DNA of 64,000 bases, taken from contig ML996691.1 in NCBI GenBank assembly GCA_010356995.1, positions 1,308,174-1,372,173 on the forward strand. The letters are read 5' to 3'. The first letter of the stretch is position 1; every line of letters starts with the position of its first letter. Origin of the DNA: Trichodelitschia bisporula (Eukaryota). A program made the position numbers and the translations under genes. Positions 49,512 through 61,830 of the stretch are shown one piece after another. Under the pieces are notes generated by a model. That model ran no database searches, had not been told where the DNA came from, and saw only the letters and a program-made list of their open reading frames with translations.

Positions 49512-51302
49512 CGTTGTTATCGCTGCTCAAATACGTTGCTAGATTTCGGAAGTCGATTCTCAGTGAAGATTGAAACGTTGATAGCTGCAGCACACAGTAG
49601 GTAGATATGCAAAAAAAAAACCTCCGCAGCCTCGCCGCCCAGCACCAGGCTAGATATACCCACTCTCACACCACCAACCCACCGCCGATCAAGCAGGGAA
49701 CACCACTCTCCGCCCGATCGCTCGATCACAATCCATCCCCCGGGCCCCATGACGCCGACGCAACCCAAACAAAGCGAGCATGGCAAAATATGCAATTCGC
49801 ATGTTTGGGCCCGCCCTTGCCCATCCCTCTGAAACGGGATGACGTCGATACTTGCCCTCCTTGTCCGCACCCCTGCCCGCCCGGGCCTGCAGCCCTGCGT
49901 CAAGGCTCTCGCTTGCTGGCCCTATTCGATAGCGTAGAAAGGTCGCGATTCGTCCATGCCTTTTACCGGTCCCGTGCTACAGGTGCGAAACGTGGTCGGT
50001 TGGGTTCCGCCGCCGACGACGATCAGTGAGTTGGTCTGTTGAGTTTAGCGACGGGGGGGGCCGAGGCGATAGCCTTTCGTCGTTGCTAATGCCAAGGTTT
50101 GGAAAGGGCTCTGGTGACGGCATGCACTGGCCTGGTTGGCTGGCGCTGGATTGGTGCGCGTGGCTAGGGACAAAAGTGTGGCGGTCCGCTTCGATAGTCT
50201 CTGCTTCTCACTCAGCAAAACGGTCAGCAAGAGTCGGCCACAACTTTTTGGGGGCGGCCCCCAACTTTCCGCCCAGCCCTTGGAGGATGTGGTTAGTGGG
50301 TGTGGAGAGTTGTGATGTCGTAGGGGCGGGTGAGGTGAGGTGAGAAGATGCTGGAATGCGCAGCACGGAGGGCAGACACAGGGGAGAGACGAGAAAGATG
50401 CGGAATGGCAGGTGAGACATACGGCTCGGGTATGCGAGTCGGTCTCCGTTGAGTGGAGATTTTCGCTACGAGGATTTAGCTTCAGAGCGTAGTATCCCGA
50501 TTGAAAACAGAAAGTATCAACGTCCTGTTTCCCAATCACGCTGCGGCCTACGAAGATAGCTTCATCATGATCTCCCTCATCATCCACCCGGTGCCACCCC
50601 TTCGTAAGGGCAGAATACGTGAGGCGAGCAGCTCGGGTACCGTATCAGTTGGCTGCCATCGCGAAAATTCCCTCTTCAGCATGGAATACTGACTGTAAGC
50701 GGACAAGCAGCAAAGGCTCATTCACATGCAGAGGCAACTGTGAGAACTTCAAGTGAAGTAAAAGATGAACAAAGGAAAAGGATCGAGAGGCTCTTAGGAA
50801 TATGGTATCATGCCCTCCGTAGCTCCTTCCATCACCATTAGGACGTCATCGGTGCCTTGCCTCAGTATGACTGTACGCCTTCCTTTGGCAGGTACATACC
50901 GTCCCCAAGAATGGTATGTTTCCTTCCGAAGTACTACGTACGTTGGTACTCGTAGATATGCTGCCCTGTAACCATATCTGCCTTAGTTCTACTGTAGTGC
51001 CTCGATGCCTTGTGCACCGACATCAGCGGACGACGGCGATGTGCCGCCTTTCAGTTATGCTGCGGCCTGACTACATACCAATCCTCCTCCTTCGCACTGG
51101 GAATGCCCGCCGCAAGCGTAGCCGTAAAAACCGCGGCATGCACCGCAAGCGGCTCACATTACTTTGTCCGCAAACAACACCGCGCATAGCAGCAGAGTGA
51201 TAAAAGCACCGCCAGAAGACAATGCACTCCCAGTCTCAGAGCCAGTCCTCCCAACCGTGAAACCCACCATCTATCAGAATCACCCACCAAACCGTTGCCA
51301 AA

Positions 51303-51876
51303 ATGGACAGGTCGTCTTCGGCCCTCACCTGCCACGCGACCTCGTCGCGCTCCTCCACCGTGCCCGCCGGCCTGGTGAAGCAATGCTGCATCGAGTGTAC
51401 GCGCACCATTGCCACGCGCGGCTATGCCTGCGACATGTGTCCGCACAACAACGTCAAGTGCGGCGGGTGTCGCTTCAGCGGCAAGGAATGCCAGACCGTA
51501 CGTCCCTACCGTACCATTCCCCCATCACCCACCGTTAACACCTTGCCAGATCCCCGAGGGCATGATCACGCGCGTCAACGCCCTGATCAAAGCCTACACA
51601 GCGTATGCGCGCAAGCCCACGAACCCGAACGCCAAGCGCGCGCTGGACAAGAAGCAGGCTTCGCATAACAAGAAGCTGGATGCAGCGATGCAGGTTGTGG
51701 CCCCGGGCACGGAGGGGGATGATTGTTGCCAGTGGGGTTCTATGGCGCAGAATACGCGGGATGTGGGGGTGATGATTAGGGATCTTATGGCGCTGAATCT
51801 GTTTCATGTTAATTCCCAGCGGGAGGAGAAGGGGTTGCCGCCGGTTAGGGTTGAGGGGGGGAAGGTGCATGTGTGA
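51303..51876 (+). CDS. Small protein with atypical six-Cys zinc-cluster-like motif; exons 51303-51497, 51550-51876
   Basis: CIEC-x10-C-x9-CGGC-x6-C. Intron GTACGT..GTTAAC..CAG is in frame. Helical C-terminal half. Confidence 0.65.
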
Positions 51877-52069
51877 GAAGGCTGTTGAGAAGGTCATTGA
51901 GGAGACTGATTGACCACGCTCGGGGGGGATGACTTCTTGGGCGACTTGGTGAGGGGCGTGAGGTGGAATCTCGGGCTGTGAGGGGTAATTGAATCGACGC
52001 TGGCGTTGCTTTAACAAGATCTTGTCGTTGATCGATGGAAAGATGCGGTCGTATGCAGTGATGTGACCC

Positions 52070-52702
52070 TCACTCCCCGCCCTCCTCCCCCCTCCAAAAC
52101 CCCTTCCCATAACTCACGAGAATCTCCTCACCCTTCACAATCCCCGCCGCGCGCTTCCCACTCTTCCCAGCCGGCAAAACATATACACCAACCCACCTCT
52201 CCACCCTACCCGCAACCCTTACCCACACATCGCGGAACTCGGCATTCGGGCCCGCTGCCACCCCGCGGTAGTCGTTGACGAACCGCGCCTCGTTACCCAT
52301 CCGCGCTGCGTCAATGCCTAGATCCAATTCCCTATCCAGACAGAGGTCGTAGCGTGAGGTGGGGTCTGAGTCGGCGGTTGTGTGGACGGTGCCGAGGTAG
52401 TAGAGTATCAGGGACGAGGGAGGGAGGTGCCGCGTGGTGGTGAGACTGTTTTGGCCGGCTGCGGGGTGGGAGGATGTTGGTGGGACAGGTGTGATGCGGG
52501 TGTTTGGGGAAGGACCTAGGGTGGGTGTTTGGATTGTTGCGGTGGGAGGAGGGGTGTGGAGGGTGGTAATGATCGAGGCGGGGAGGGTGCGGGGGTAAAG
52601 CGGGTTTGTTAGGTATGGAAGGTTGGGAGGCCAGTTCTTGGGGAGAGTGGACTTGGGTCTCGGAGAGTTTGAAGGCGGTTTCAATTTGGCTTTGGGAGGC
52701 AT
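52070..52702 (-). CDS. Small SET-domain lysine methyltransferase (S. pombe Set7-like), 210 aa
   Basis: HPAAGQ..L, ILYYLG, IDAARMGNEARFVNDYRG, GEEILVSYGKGFW. Confidence 0.88.
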   Translation of the reverse strand: MPPKAKLKPPSNSPRPKSTLPKNWPPNLPYLTNPLYPRTLPASIITTLHTPPPTATIQTPTLGPSPNTRITPVPPTSSHPAAGQNSLTTTRHLPPSSLILYYLGTVHTTADSDPTSRYDLCLDRELDLGIDAARMGNEARFVNDYRGVAAGPNAEFRDVWVRVAGRVERWVGVYVLPAGKSGKRAAGIVKGEEILVSYGKGFWRGEEGGE

Positions 52703-54798
52703 TGTGGTTGTGGACCGTGAAGGGTCGTCGTTGCATTACATCGTCGTCAGACTTCATGGTGTTGCAGATTTTGAGTCACGTGGTCAGGGTGGATGCTTGA
52801 CATCTTCTCGATCGCAAAGATGCAAAGCCGCCGCGGGCAGATGGAGGAGCTGACACTTCGTGAGTTGATCGATACATCTGTACATTACTCTCTTTGCTGG
52901 CAGGTTATGGTGAGTCCACGATCCTTTGTTCTTCCGATCTCCCCTTTCCCAGACACCGTTGGATATCACCGGTGGACGTTGAGAGGGGGAAGAAGCACAA
53001 AGTCCGTTGGCATCAAAGTCCGACTCCGACGCAGAGTGAACTCCCTCCTCGGGTGATTGCAGCTGTCAATTGATAATGTACGGTAAGAACCATCTTCTAT
53101 CCATCTTGGCATTATATCGCCTTTGAACCTTAGCCGAAGTGACACAGCGCCGACAAGCTCAAAGGATGCCTCCTCAATGAAACCTCCTTTTGCAAGCGCT
53201 TCCTCACAAAGTAAGGACTCACAAACAAACACGAACAAAAAATGTCACCATCCCACGCGCCATCAATGCAATTCCTCCTTTCACCGCAACCACCATCACA
53301 AACATACCAAGAAAAAATGCGCGCCAACCCAATCCAAACCCCCCAAAAACACATCATCAATCTCGCTACACAACGAGCTATCTCATCTCCGCCAACATTT
53401 CTGGGCACCCCAAACCCAGCCCGCCACCAATTCTCCCCCACTGCCATCCCATCCACTCCCCGTCCTGCAAATCCCACAACCCGCAGTACGCCACGCGCCA
53501 CAAGCGCCAATCCCCTGCTGCCCATCAGGGGAGGGGGCCCGGCCAGGCTCTCATCGAGCTATCCCACCCACCGCCCACGAGCGACTCATCACCGCCACTT
53601 CCCACCCTGCCCCTCGGGCGCACATCGCGCCTCGCAGCCCTGCCGTCACGAGCGATGTGATCGGGACGTCGGCATCAGCGCTGTCGGCGCGTCGCGCACG
53701 CCGCTCACATCCCGTGCGCCCTCGCCGTGCCAAAAAGCACCTACGCGCGCCCGCCGACTTCGCACGTCACGCACGGCGCAGGGCTAGCCAGCGCACCGCA
53801 CACCGCAAGCAGAATCTCCCATCTCCATCCGCCTTGTCGTGAAGTCAAGCTCCCGCCGAGCTCCCCCGACCCACCCCCTAGTTTCCAGCCCTACACGCAG
53901 GCAGCTTCCCGCAATCGCTGCTAACACGAACTGGCACGCGGTCGTGCCGTGGCTAATTGCGGAGCGCGAGCTTGTTTGCGGTGCAAGAACACGAGCCCGG
54001 GCCGTGCGTCGCCCGCTAGTCGGTCAAGCACACGGGTTGGGCCGGCTAGCCCTGAACGGGAGGACGAACAGCGGCCGCGGTGCCGCGCGACGGCGCCCGC
54101 TGTGGATACCGCCGGTCTTCGCCGGGGAGGTCAAGCGGGGATCGCGTGCCGCTGCCGTGGAAGCAAGCGTGAGGACGTTTAGCGTGCTACTACTGCGTGC
54201 AGGACCGTAGTGAGACACGCCGATGAAAGACAAGACAGCTTTGAAAATCTAGGACCGGAATGGATGGGCCAGTCGATGCTCTCCCCCGCGCATGAGGCGG
54301 CTCTAGCCGGTGAATGGCCGCTGAGCGGGCTGAAAGATCCCAAATTTGAGAAAGAAGCCATACAGCGCCGCCAGCATACCTCCCCTTTTTTTTGCGGATC
54401 CACTTTTGTGCCTTGCCCGGGCTAGCCTCTTCAGCCTCGCGCGGCTTCCAGGATGAGGCGCCTTTTCGCCCCCGTGGTTCGTGAGACGACGGCGGGCTCT
54501 GGATGCAGGCGCTGCATTTGGGCTGAATGCGCACGGTTGCCATGGCTTGACCCGCGCGTGTTTGGTTTCCAGGAGTCGAAAGGCCGTAAGGCGTGGAAAG
54601 GGCTGGATCTGGGGATATAAGAATCGAGCATCCGGACACTCCAATCTTCTTTTCCCCATCCGCTCTCAAGTCCTTCAAACAGCACGATCAGCCTTTCACT
54701 CACTCCCGGTTTTTTGCCGATTACACTCGTTTTAATCAAACACATCCAACTCGCTATTACTCCGTAATACCAACCCCCAAACCCTCCCAACCATCACA

Positions 54799-55368
54799 AT
54801 GAAGTTCTCCACCATCCTCTTCGCCGTCGGCGCCTCGGCCGCTGTTGCCGTCTTCGACGACTGGTCGGTCTCCAGCTCGGTCGCGCCCCCCAAGCCGTCC
54901 AGCTCCGCCTGGAACTACGACTACACCCCGTCGTCCAGCAAGCCGGCGCCGAAGCCCAGCAGCTCCGCCTGGGGCTATGACTACTACCCGTCCTCCAGCA
55001 AGGCCGCCCCCAGCAGCTCGGTCTACAAGGTCGTCTACTACCCGTCCAGCTCGTCCAAGCCTGCCCCCAAGCCCAGCAGCAGCATGGTCTACAAGGCCCC
55101 GTCCAGCTCGTGAGTTTTCCTCCTCTGCACTCCTTCCTTCTCCGGTGCACATTGCTGACCCCGAAACAGTGCCCCGGTCAAGGTCGTATACAGCTCGGCC
55201 CCCGCCCCGGTGAAGCCCGTCTACGTCGCTGGCAACAGCACCACCGGCTACGTCGCCGCCACCGGCACCAAGACCTACCTGCAGGCGACTGCCAACGCGG
55301 CCGGCACGGTCGGTGCGTCGGCCGCCGGCCTGGTCATGATGATCGGTGCCGCCGCTGCCATGCTGTAA
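54799..55368 (+). CDS. Secreted Ser/Pro/Tyr-rich repeat protein, probably GPI-anchored wall protein; exons 54799-55109, 55170-55368
   Basis: Signal peptide MKFSTILFAVGASAAVA, repeats KPSSSAW(N/G)YDY / PSSSKPAP, C-terminal ANAAG..GLVMMIGAAAAML GPI-type signal. TATA-like gatataag near 54615. Confidence 0.85.
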
Positions 55369-57947
55369 ATGGTTTTCGAATCATGTTCAGCATTGCATCG
55401 TGTGGGTCGCATTTGGGATTTTCGCTTCGAGGGGTTTCGCGGTCATGTGGCGGGGATGATGATTTGGGGTGCGCGTTTTCTGGTGGGCACGGAGTTCCCC
55501 TCGTCTAGAGGTTAATGTAATGGCGGGGGTCGCGAGGCTCTGGGTTTTTTGGTGAGGAGGGTCTGAGGCGCCGGATTGAGAACACATGTGTATGATGTCC
55601 ACGTCTATAGATCTGAATTGCCTTTTTTTAAAAGCTCTGAGATGATGGTCTTTGCGAGTGACATCTCACCTTTTTTCGAATTCTCAGGAAGTTGCTCCGG
55701 CGGTGCTGGTCAGTTCATCAGCTAAAGGCCCGCTCCGTTTCGCACCAGCGCCAAAACATCCGATCTCTAGCAGAACACCGACTCAGGAACTAACCCTTTC
55801 AGCCACCAAACATCCCGGCTGGCACAGCTGTGGAGATTGCAACCCCGAAAACGTCACCAGTCAGCGTCGCGCCGACGCCACGGCTCGTCGTCGACGCATG
55901 TTGCGGTACCTGCGCTAGCGGACAAGGATTCCTGCCAGGGGAGCTCGAGCTCCCGCCACGGATTGGAGGATCCCCCCCTTGTTCTTTGGCAGGGTTACCG
56001 CTTTCGGCGTCGCTCCTTTTAGCCTGTCTCATCTACTGCTTCCACGGTGGGATAGCGCGATGGCTGTTGTGATGGATGGGCGCTCGGTATGAGATGCTAG
56101 TTGCTGATAACCAGTTGCCACTGTGGAAGGATGTCGTTCGCGGCGCGACGTTGGATTGCTATGGACAGTGGGTAGCCTCACGGCCGAAGCTAAGTTGGTG
56201 TGTTTGACGCATGCATGTCGTGATGAACGGGGGCGGGAGCTTGTTGATGGCTGTTTCGGAGGTCATTCCGGCTTTCATGAACCTTGGTCTGTCATTCGAG
56301 CGGTTGTTTCATGCGTACAAATGATGTGGGCCAAGGGACATTCGCCTGCATGGTTGTTTGGTGGATTGTCGAGGCTGTTCGAAGCGTTCACGCTTTCTTC
56401 CTCGCTTCAACTGCGTGAAAGACGGATCCTCTTGGAAAGGGGAGGGTCATTCAGTAGCGGCTTTAGAGCAAGGCAAGGACAATGATGCCGGAAATCCAAA
56501 TCGCCTCATCCATTCGAGGCTGAACGCATATGTACCGTACCTACGGTGTGAAATAGCTGCATCACAAAACTTACCTTGCCATTCGCCGGCGTCTATCCAA
56601 CCCGTATGCCCGACGTCGACACTTGAGAGTCTTTCATCTTCCGGGAGTTTCCCGCATAGTAACATCTGGATCATACTCCAAGGAAAAGCGTGACAAATAC
56701 AGTCCTACTGAACGGTTACTTTGTCAGCTAGGCCTGATAGCCGATGGGGAAGCCGTAGCAGCGGCCAGCGAAACCATGATAGATAATGAGCGTTCGCAAT
56801 AGCGTCGAAGAAGTCTGATGCATCTCCCGCTCTCGATGAGCGGACGGCCACAGAGATGGCGCCGGCTTCTGCATGCAAAGAATCCTCCCCTTGGAACCGT
56901 CCATCAGTCCTCCGCGGTTAAAGGATTTCTGAGGTACGATGCGGCCTGGCTTCGTGGGTAGTGAAGATGTGTTTCTACATTGCACACGCTGGATCGGTAT
57001 CAAGTGCGGTCCAGAGACCTTCGAGTGTGCATGTAATTCACGACCCCTCCTTCATGATGACATTCCCCGCTGTAAGCCGCATAGCAAAGTCCGATGTATT
57101 ATGTGGCCCACGTACATGAGTGATTGGATAAAAGCCCCATCGAAGCATGACCGTTTGCCGAACTGACGCTGATGGCCAGGCGAACTGGTTCGAAATCACC
57201 GTGCAAGTGGAAGCGATGCGAGGATGCCATGCGTCATTGTCTAGATACCAGAGCAGGTTCGGTGCAGTGGTCAGTAGCAAGATGAATACTGGTGGGTATC
57301 ATTCAACTGTCATGGTTGGACATCTTGATGTCGTCCAATCGACCGTTTGAAATATGCGTATGCGGAATGGAGCAAGGCCATCTGCCAGAGCCAGACTCCA
57401 TGTGGTTCTTCTCCATCCAGTTGATGACGTCGTCTGAGGAACATCGCGTTTGGTATTAGGTTTCTACTGTGTGCTGTCAAGATCAGGATGGCTAGAATAT
57501 TGGGTGTCCCGCAGATCAGGCGAATGGAACTGGATGCATGATAGATGAATTGAAGTTCGGATCTTAGTGCTAAAATTGTATCGGAATTGGTTTGCAGATT
57601 CTGGACCCAAAAAGTCGCTGTAAATCGAAACCTTGACGAAATAGACGCCTGGACAGACTGAAGGATAAAAGAGATACAGAAGAGCGTTCAACAGACGATA
57701 CTAGACGTCAAAAGCCGGCAAAGCCGAGATATTTTGAGTTGATGTCAAAATGTCAAGTGTCGATGAAGTCATCGCGGCATGGGCGGGCCCGCTTACACAA
57801 TCCCGCCAAGAATATCCCGGCTCACCAAATAGGCTGTTTGTTGACATGCATGCTCACCACCAAAAAACGCGTCTCCAACATTGATACCCCCACCACGCCA
57901 CCACCATTCTTGCCGACATCATCGCACCTACCATTATTGCCAACATC

Positions 57948-60242
57948 ATGGCGCCCATGGCCACCGCGATGGCCTTCCCAACGGCCTCCCCGACGGACGC
58001 TCTCGCAGTACGCCCACCCCCCATCCCTCACAAACCCCCTAACCCCCCTCAGCACGATTACGGCCCAACAACCACAGCCGCCGAGCTCAAACTCGAGCGC
58101 ACATCCCGCACCCTCGACTCCATAACCCAATCCGAACACACCCGCCTCCTCTCCGTAAAACACCTCCTCCTAGCCCACGAACTGGACGATCTGAACACGC
58201 GCCTCATCGAAGAGGAGGAACGCGGCGACGCGCTAGAAATGAGCCTCGACGACGCGCTCGCCTACGCCGACGAGCGCGCCGCGCAGATCGCCCATCTGAC
58301 CAGCGTCGTCCGCGCCAAAGAACGCGAAATAGAAACAGCGCGCGCGGAACTCACCGCCGCTACATCCCTCAGCACGACCAACACGCAAGTCCTCGCCGAA
58401 AAACTGGCCCTGACCCGCGAGATTTCGTCGCTAAAGCCGGAAGTCGAGCACCTGCGCACACAATCCGCGCTTTACCAGCAAACACTCTCTGAGAAACTCG
58501 CCCTCCAGCGTGAAGTCACAACTCTGACTGTGGAGCTCGAGACGGCGCAGCGGGCGGCTACCCGTGCAGTTAAGAAAGTGGGCAAGACGTCGGACCTCGC
58601 GGCTGAGTATGACGCGCGTGAGGAAGCACTGGAGGCGGAGGTCGCCGCCTTGCGCGCGCAGCTGCGCGAGTCCAAAGCTGAGGCAAGCTCGCTGAAGAAG
58701 GACGCGGAGGTACAATCCCGCACGACGAAGAAAGCAGGCAAGACGTCCGAAGAAGCCCTGCAAGCCGAAGTCGATGACCTGCGCTCGCAGCTGCGCGACA
58801 CGAACGCCAAGATGAGCACGTTACGCAGCAGGTTCGAGGCGCAGGCCCACCTCATTGAGGACGGAGACGAGGACGGTGACCACTACCTGAAAGAACGGAT
58901 CGAGGACCTGCGCGAGTCGCTTTGGGAAGCGGTTACTGAGAAGGAAGAGGCGGAGGAGAAGTACGAGATGATGGCGAAGGAGATGCAAGCCCTGATCGCG
59001 TCTCAGGAAGTGGTGAAACAGCAGCAGGTGGAGCTGCGCAAGGAAATTGAAGCAGAGAAGCGCGCCCATGCGAAGGCGGAGAAAGCTGCTGCGAAAGCTG
59101 AAAAGGCCGCTGAGAAACTTGCTGCGAAAGCCGGCGGCGCGAATAATGCCGCTGAACTGGCTAAGCTCCGTGCAGAGCTGGAGGAGGAGAAAGCCGCGCG
59201 CCTGGAAGCCGAGAAAGCCGCGGGCTCAACCAGCACCGCTGAAATCACCACCCTTCGCACCGCCCTAGACGAAGAAAAAACTGCGCGCCTCGCCGCTGAG
59301 AAAGCCGCCGCGTCCCAAGCCGCGGCCTGGGAAGCCCAGCGCGCGCTCCTCGAGGACAAGCTCAGTAACTTCCGCACCAAGCTGCGCAGCACGAAGGAGA
59401 AGTTGCGTGCTGCCGAGGAGGCGGCGGCTACGGCGGCGGCGGCGGCTCCTGCCCCAGGCGCCAACCCGCGCAAGCGCCGCGCGCTTCCTGCGGATGAAGA
59501 GCTGGGCACGCCGGGCGAGCCACCGGTTAAGCGTGGACGGAGTGTGGCGCCGAATGCGGCAGGGGTGGGCGACAAGAGCACGTTTAGTATTACGCCGTTT
59601 TTGAATAGGGTGGGGAGTGTGGCGCCTGAGGACTCGGATAAAGACGGCGAGGAGGAGGATGCGCCTGTAGAGGTTGTGAATAGTCCCTCTACTGCTGCCG
59701 CGGTGAAGAAGCCCCGCGGCAAGAAACCTGCGGCTCCTCTGGCGCCGGTTGCGGCGGCGCGACAGAACGCGAAGGGACGCGGGCGGAAGAAGATCGCGGC
59801 GTTGGAGAAAGTCCCCGAGGAGGGCGAGGAGGCCGATGCTCCTGCCCCCGAGCCTGTGGCGGCGGTCGCGCCTACCGCTGCTGAACCTGAACCCGCCGAA
59901 CCCGCCGCCGAACCCACCAGCAAGCCTTTCCTCCCCTTCGCGCCCAAACTCAAACCCGCCTCCCAGAAACCACGTAAATCCCTCGCTAGCTTCGCGACCT
60001 TCACTACCGAAGGCCCGGCTGAGAAGAAGAAGCGGCGCAAGCTGGGCGGGTCTGGTTCTACTGGGCCGAAGACGCTGTTTGATGAGGAGGAGGATGCGGC
60101 GCCTGCGAAGCCGATTCCCGGTAGGGGATTGTTTGGGAGGGGCGGGTTGAAGGGGACGTTGAAGATGAGGCAGCCGCTTGTTGTGGTGGAGGATGGGTTT
60201 GAGTTTAGTCCGCTTAAGAGAGGGAAGAAGGGGGGGAAGTAG
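57948..60242 (+). CDS. Long coiled-coil protein with basic disordered C-tail (764 aa)
   Basis: Heptad-rich E/K/A/L region. Short motifs GDKSTFSITPFLNR, KKKRRKLGG (NLS-like), KTLFDEEE, FSPLKR. Intronless. Confidence 0.85.
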   Translation: MAPMATAMAFPTASPTDALAVRPPPIPHKPPNPPQHDYGPTTTAAELKLERTSRTLDSITQSEHTRLLSVKHLLLAHELDDLNTRLIEEEERGDALEMSLDDALAYADERAAQIAHLTSVVRAKEREIETARAELTAATSLSTTNTQVLAEKLALTREISSLKPEVEHLRTQSALYQQTLSEKLALQREVTTLTVELETAQRAATRAVKKVGKTSDLAAEYDAREEALEAEVAALRAQLRESKAEASSLKKDAEVQSRTTKKAGKTSEEALQAEVDDLRSQLRDTNAKMSTLRSRFEAQAHLIEDGDEDGDHYLKERIEDLRESLWEAVTEKEEAEEKYEMMAKEMQALIASQEVVKQQQVELRKEIEAEKRAHAKAEKAAAKAEKAAEKLAAKAGGANNAAELAKLRAELEEEKAARLEAEKAAGSTSTAEITTLRTALDEEKTARLAAEKAAASQAAAWEAQRALLEDKLSNFRTKLRSTKEKLRAAEEAAATAAAAAPAPGANPRKRRALPADEELGTPGEPPVKRGRSVAPNAAGVGDKSTFSITPFLNRVGSVAPEDSDKDGEEEDAPVEVVNSPSTAAAVKKPRGKKPAAPLAPVAAARQNAKGRGRKKIAALEKVPEEGEEADAPAPEPVAAVAPTAAEPEPAEPAAEPTSKPFLPFAPKLKPASQKPRKSLASFATFTTEGPAEKKKRRKLGGSGSTGPKTLFDEEEDAAPAKPIPGRGLFGRGGLKGTLKMRQPLVVVEDGFEFSPLKRGKKGGK

Positions 60243-60939
60243 TGGTGATGAAGTAGTGCTAGGTTCTTGTTAATGTGTGCTGGAGCATGGGGAGTTTGAT
60301 GGGCGGCGTTGCGGTTAGTGGGACCTGGTGGGCTGGGGTTAGGTGCATTTGTATGGCGTGTTGGGGTATTGTTCTGCTCTGATATGAGGATAATGGCCAT
60401 GGTTACTGGACGAGATCGAGAGAGTGCTCCGTGGGGTCTTGATTGGTAGTCATTCGACTGTGGATCTAGTCATAGGGGTATTCTCAATGGTACAAGTACA
60501 CTTTTCCGATTCCCAAAACTCCGCCGTCCATGAGAAGCCCTTCAAATCTCGCCCGCCTTGCCGGACCGAGTATATCCCAGAGCACATAGCCTTGCTATTT
60601 AGGCCACTTATTCTCATCCCCGAAGAAACAACCGAGGTGAAGTCTCTGCCGGTGAAGCGTAGACCCTTACAGTCACCCGAGACTCCGCAGCCCGTTCATT
60701 CATCCACATTTATCGTCAAGTCGTCCGCACTGCCAAGGTATCACAGTCCTGTTCGACCGCCAAGCGTTCTGCTTCCCCCCCAGCTTGAGTTTGGCGGATG
60801 ATCCTTACAAGACGGCTTCGAGAGGATCGATCGGAGGTTCCTCAGGGGCAAGGTAAGGTACTTCGTACGAGAAGAATACAGAGGCGCCGCCCAAGATCCT
60901 GGTGGATCGACCCGAGCATTCCACGCTCCAGGGGGAATC

Positions 60940-61830
60940 CTACTCCTCAAACTCCGGCTCCAGCTCCTTCGGCTCGCGCGGCTCCTGCGCCTCATGGAAT
61001 TGGATGGCATCATCAATGTAGCTGACAATCCCGCCAATACTGTCCTCATCCTGCGCATCCAGCTGCAGGAACGACACGAGGCTAAAATCGTCAATCAACC
61101 GGCCAACCGCATGGTTCAGCTTCGCAAACGACGCGCCAGCAAGTATGCTCTCCGCCCCAGCCGGATCCTCCTTTTCGTCATTATCCGCGAACGTAAAACC
61201 GCCCGCCGTGTGCATCGTCGGGTCATCGTCCAGCAGCTCCGTGTCCACCTGAATGAAGCGGCGGAGCTCGCGCCGCGCCACCGTGCCCTTGACCAGATCC
61301 ATCTTGCTCAGGATGTTGACGTGCGGAATGCCGAGCATGAGCATGGCGCTCATGGCGCTCAGCGTGCCGGCGAAGAACTTGGCGCGGTCGGCGATGAAGG
61401 TCGCTTCGAGGAGGTAGGCGGCGCAGAGGGAGATGTTGAGCGAGCCCTCTCTAAGATGGCGCGTCAGTACGGGCAGGATGGGCACGTGGGTGTACAGCTC
61501 GATTTGGCCCGGCATGTCGAAGACGATGAGGTAGTCTTCGCCGACGGTTTCGAGCTTGTTGGTCAGGAAGTCGAGGTTCTCGAGCAGGTACTCGAAGCAG
61601 AAGATCAGACCGCCGTTGGGGCCTAGATCCATCTCTTCCATTACGTCTTCGAGGCTGACTAGGTCTTTGATGTCGACGTCCGGTTCGAAGCCGAATTGTT
61701 CGGCGGCAGGGTCGAGGTTTACGTAGATGAAGGAGCGACGCGTGTTGCTGAGGTGCTGCATCATTGCCGTGCAAAAGGTCGTTTTGCCGGCGCCCGCCGG
61801 GCCCATGACCATGACTCCGAACTTGCTCAT
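60940..61830 (-). CDS. GPN3: GPN-loop GTPase 3
   Basis: GPAGAGKTTFC, VNLDPAAE, LGPNGGL, DMPGQIELYTH, NILSKMDL, IQFHEAQEP. Confidence 0.95.
   Translation of the reverse strand: MSKFGVMVMGPAGAGKTTFCTAMMQHLSNTRRSFIYVNLDPAAEQFGFEPDVDIKDLVSLEDVMEEMDLGPNGGLIFCFEYLLENLDFLTNKLETVGEDYLIVFDMPGQIELYTHVPILPVLTRHLREGSLNISLCAAYLLEATFIADRAKFFAGTLSAMSAMLMLGIPHVNILSKMDLVKGTVARRELRRFIQVDTELLDDDPTMHTAGGFTFADNDEKEDPAGAESILAGASFAKLNHAVGRLIDDFSLVSFLQLDAQDEDSIGGIVSYIDDAIQFHEAQEPREPKELEPEFEE

Noticed and set aside
55650..57700. 2-kb lower-GC stretch with fragmentary protein-like frames
   Set aside because: Possibly a decayed gene, but no motif or consistent frame supports a call.
59003..60400. 465-aa antisense ORF, and similar long shadow ORFs over other genes
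   Set aside because: Artefact of GC-rich codon usage on the opposite strand of real genes.
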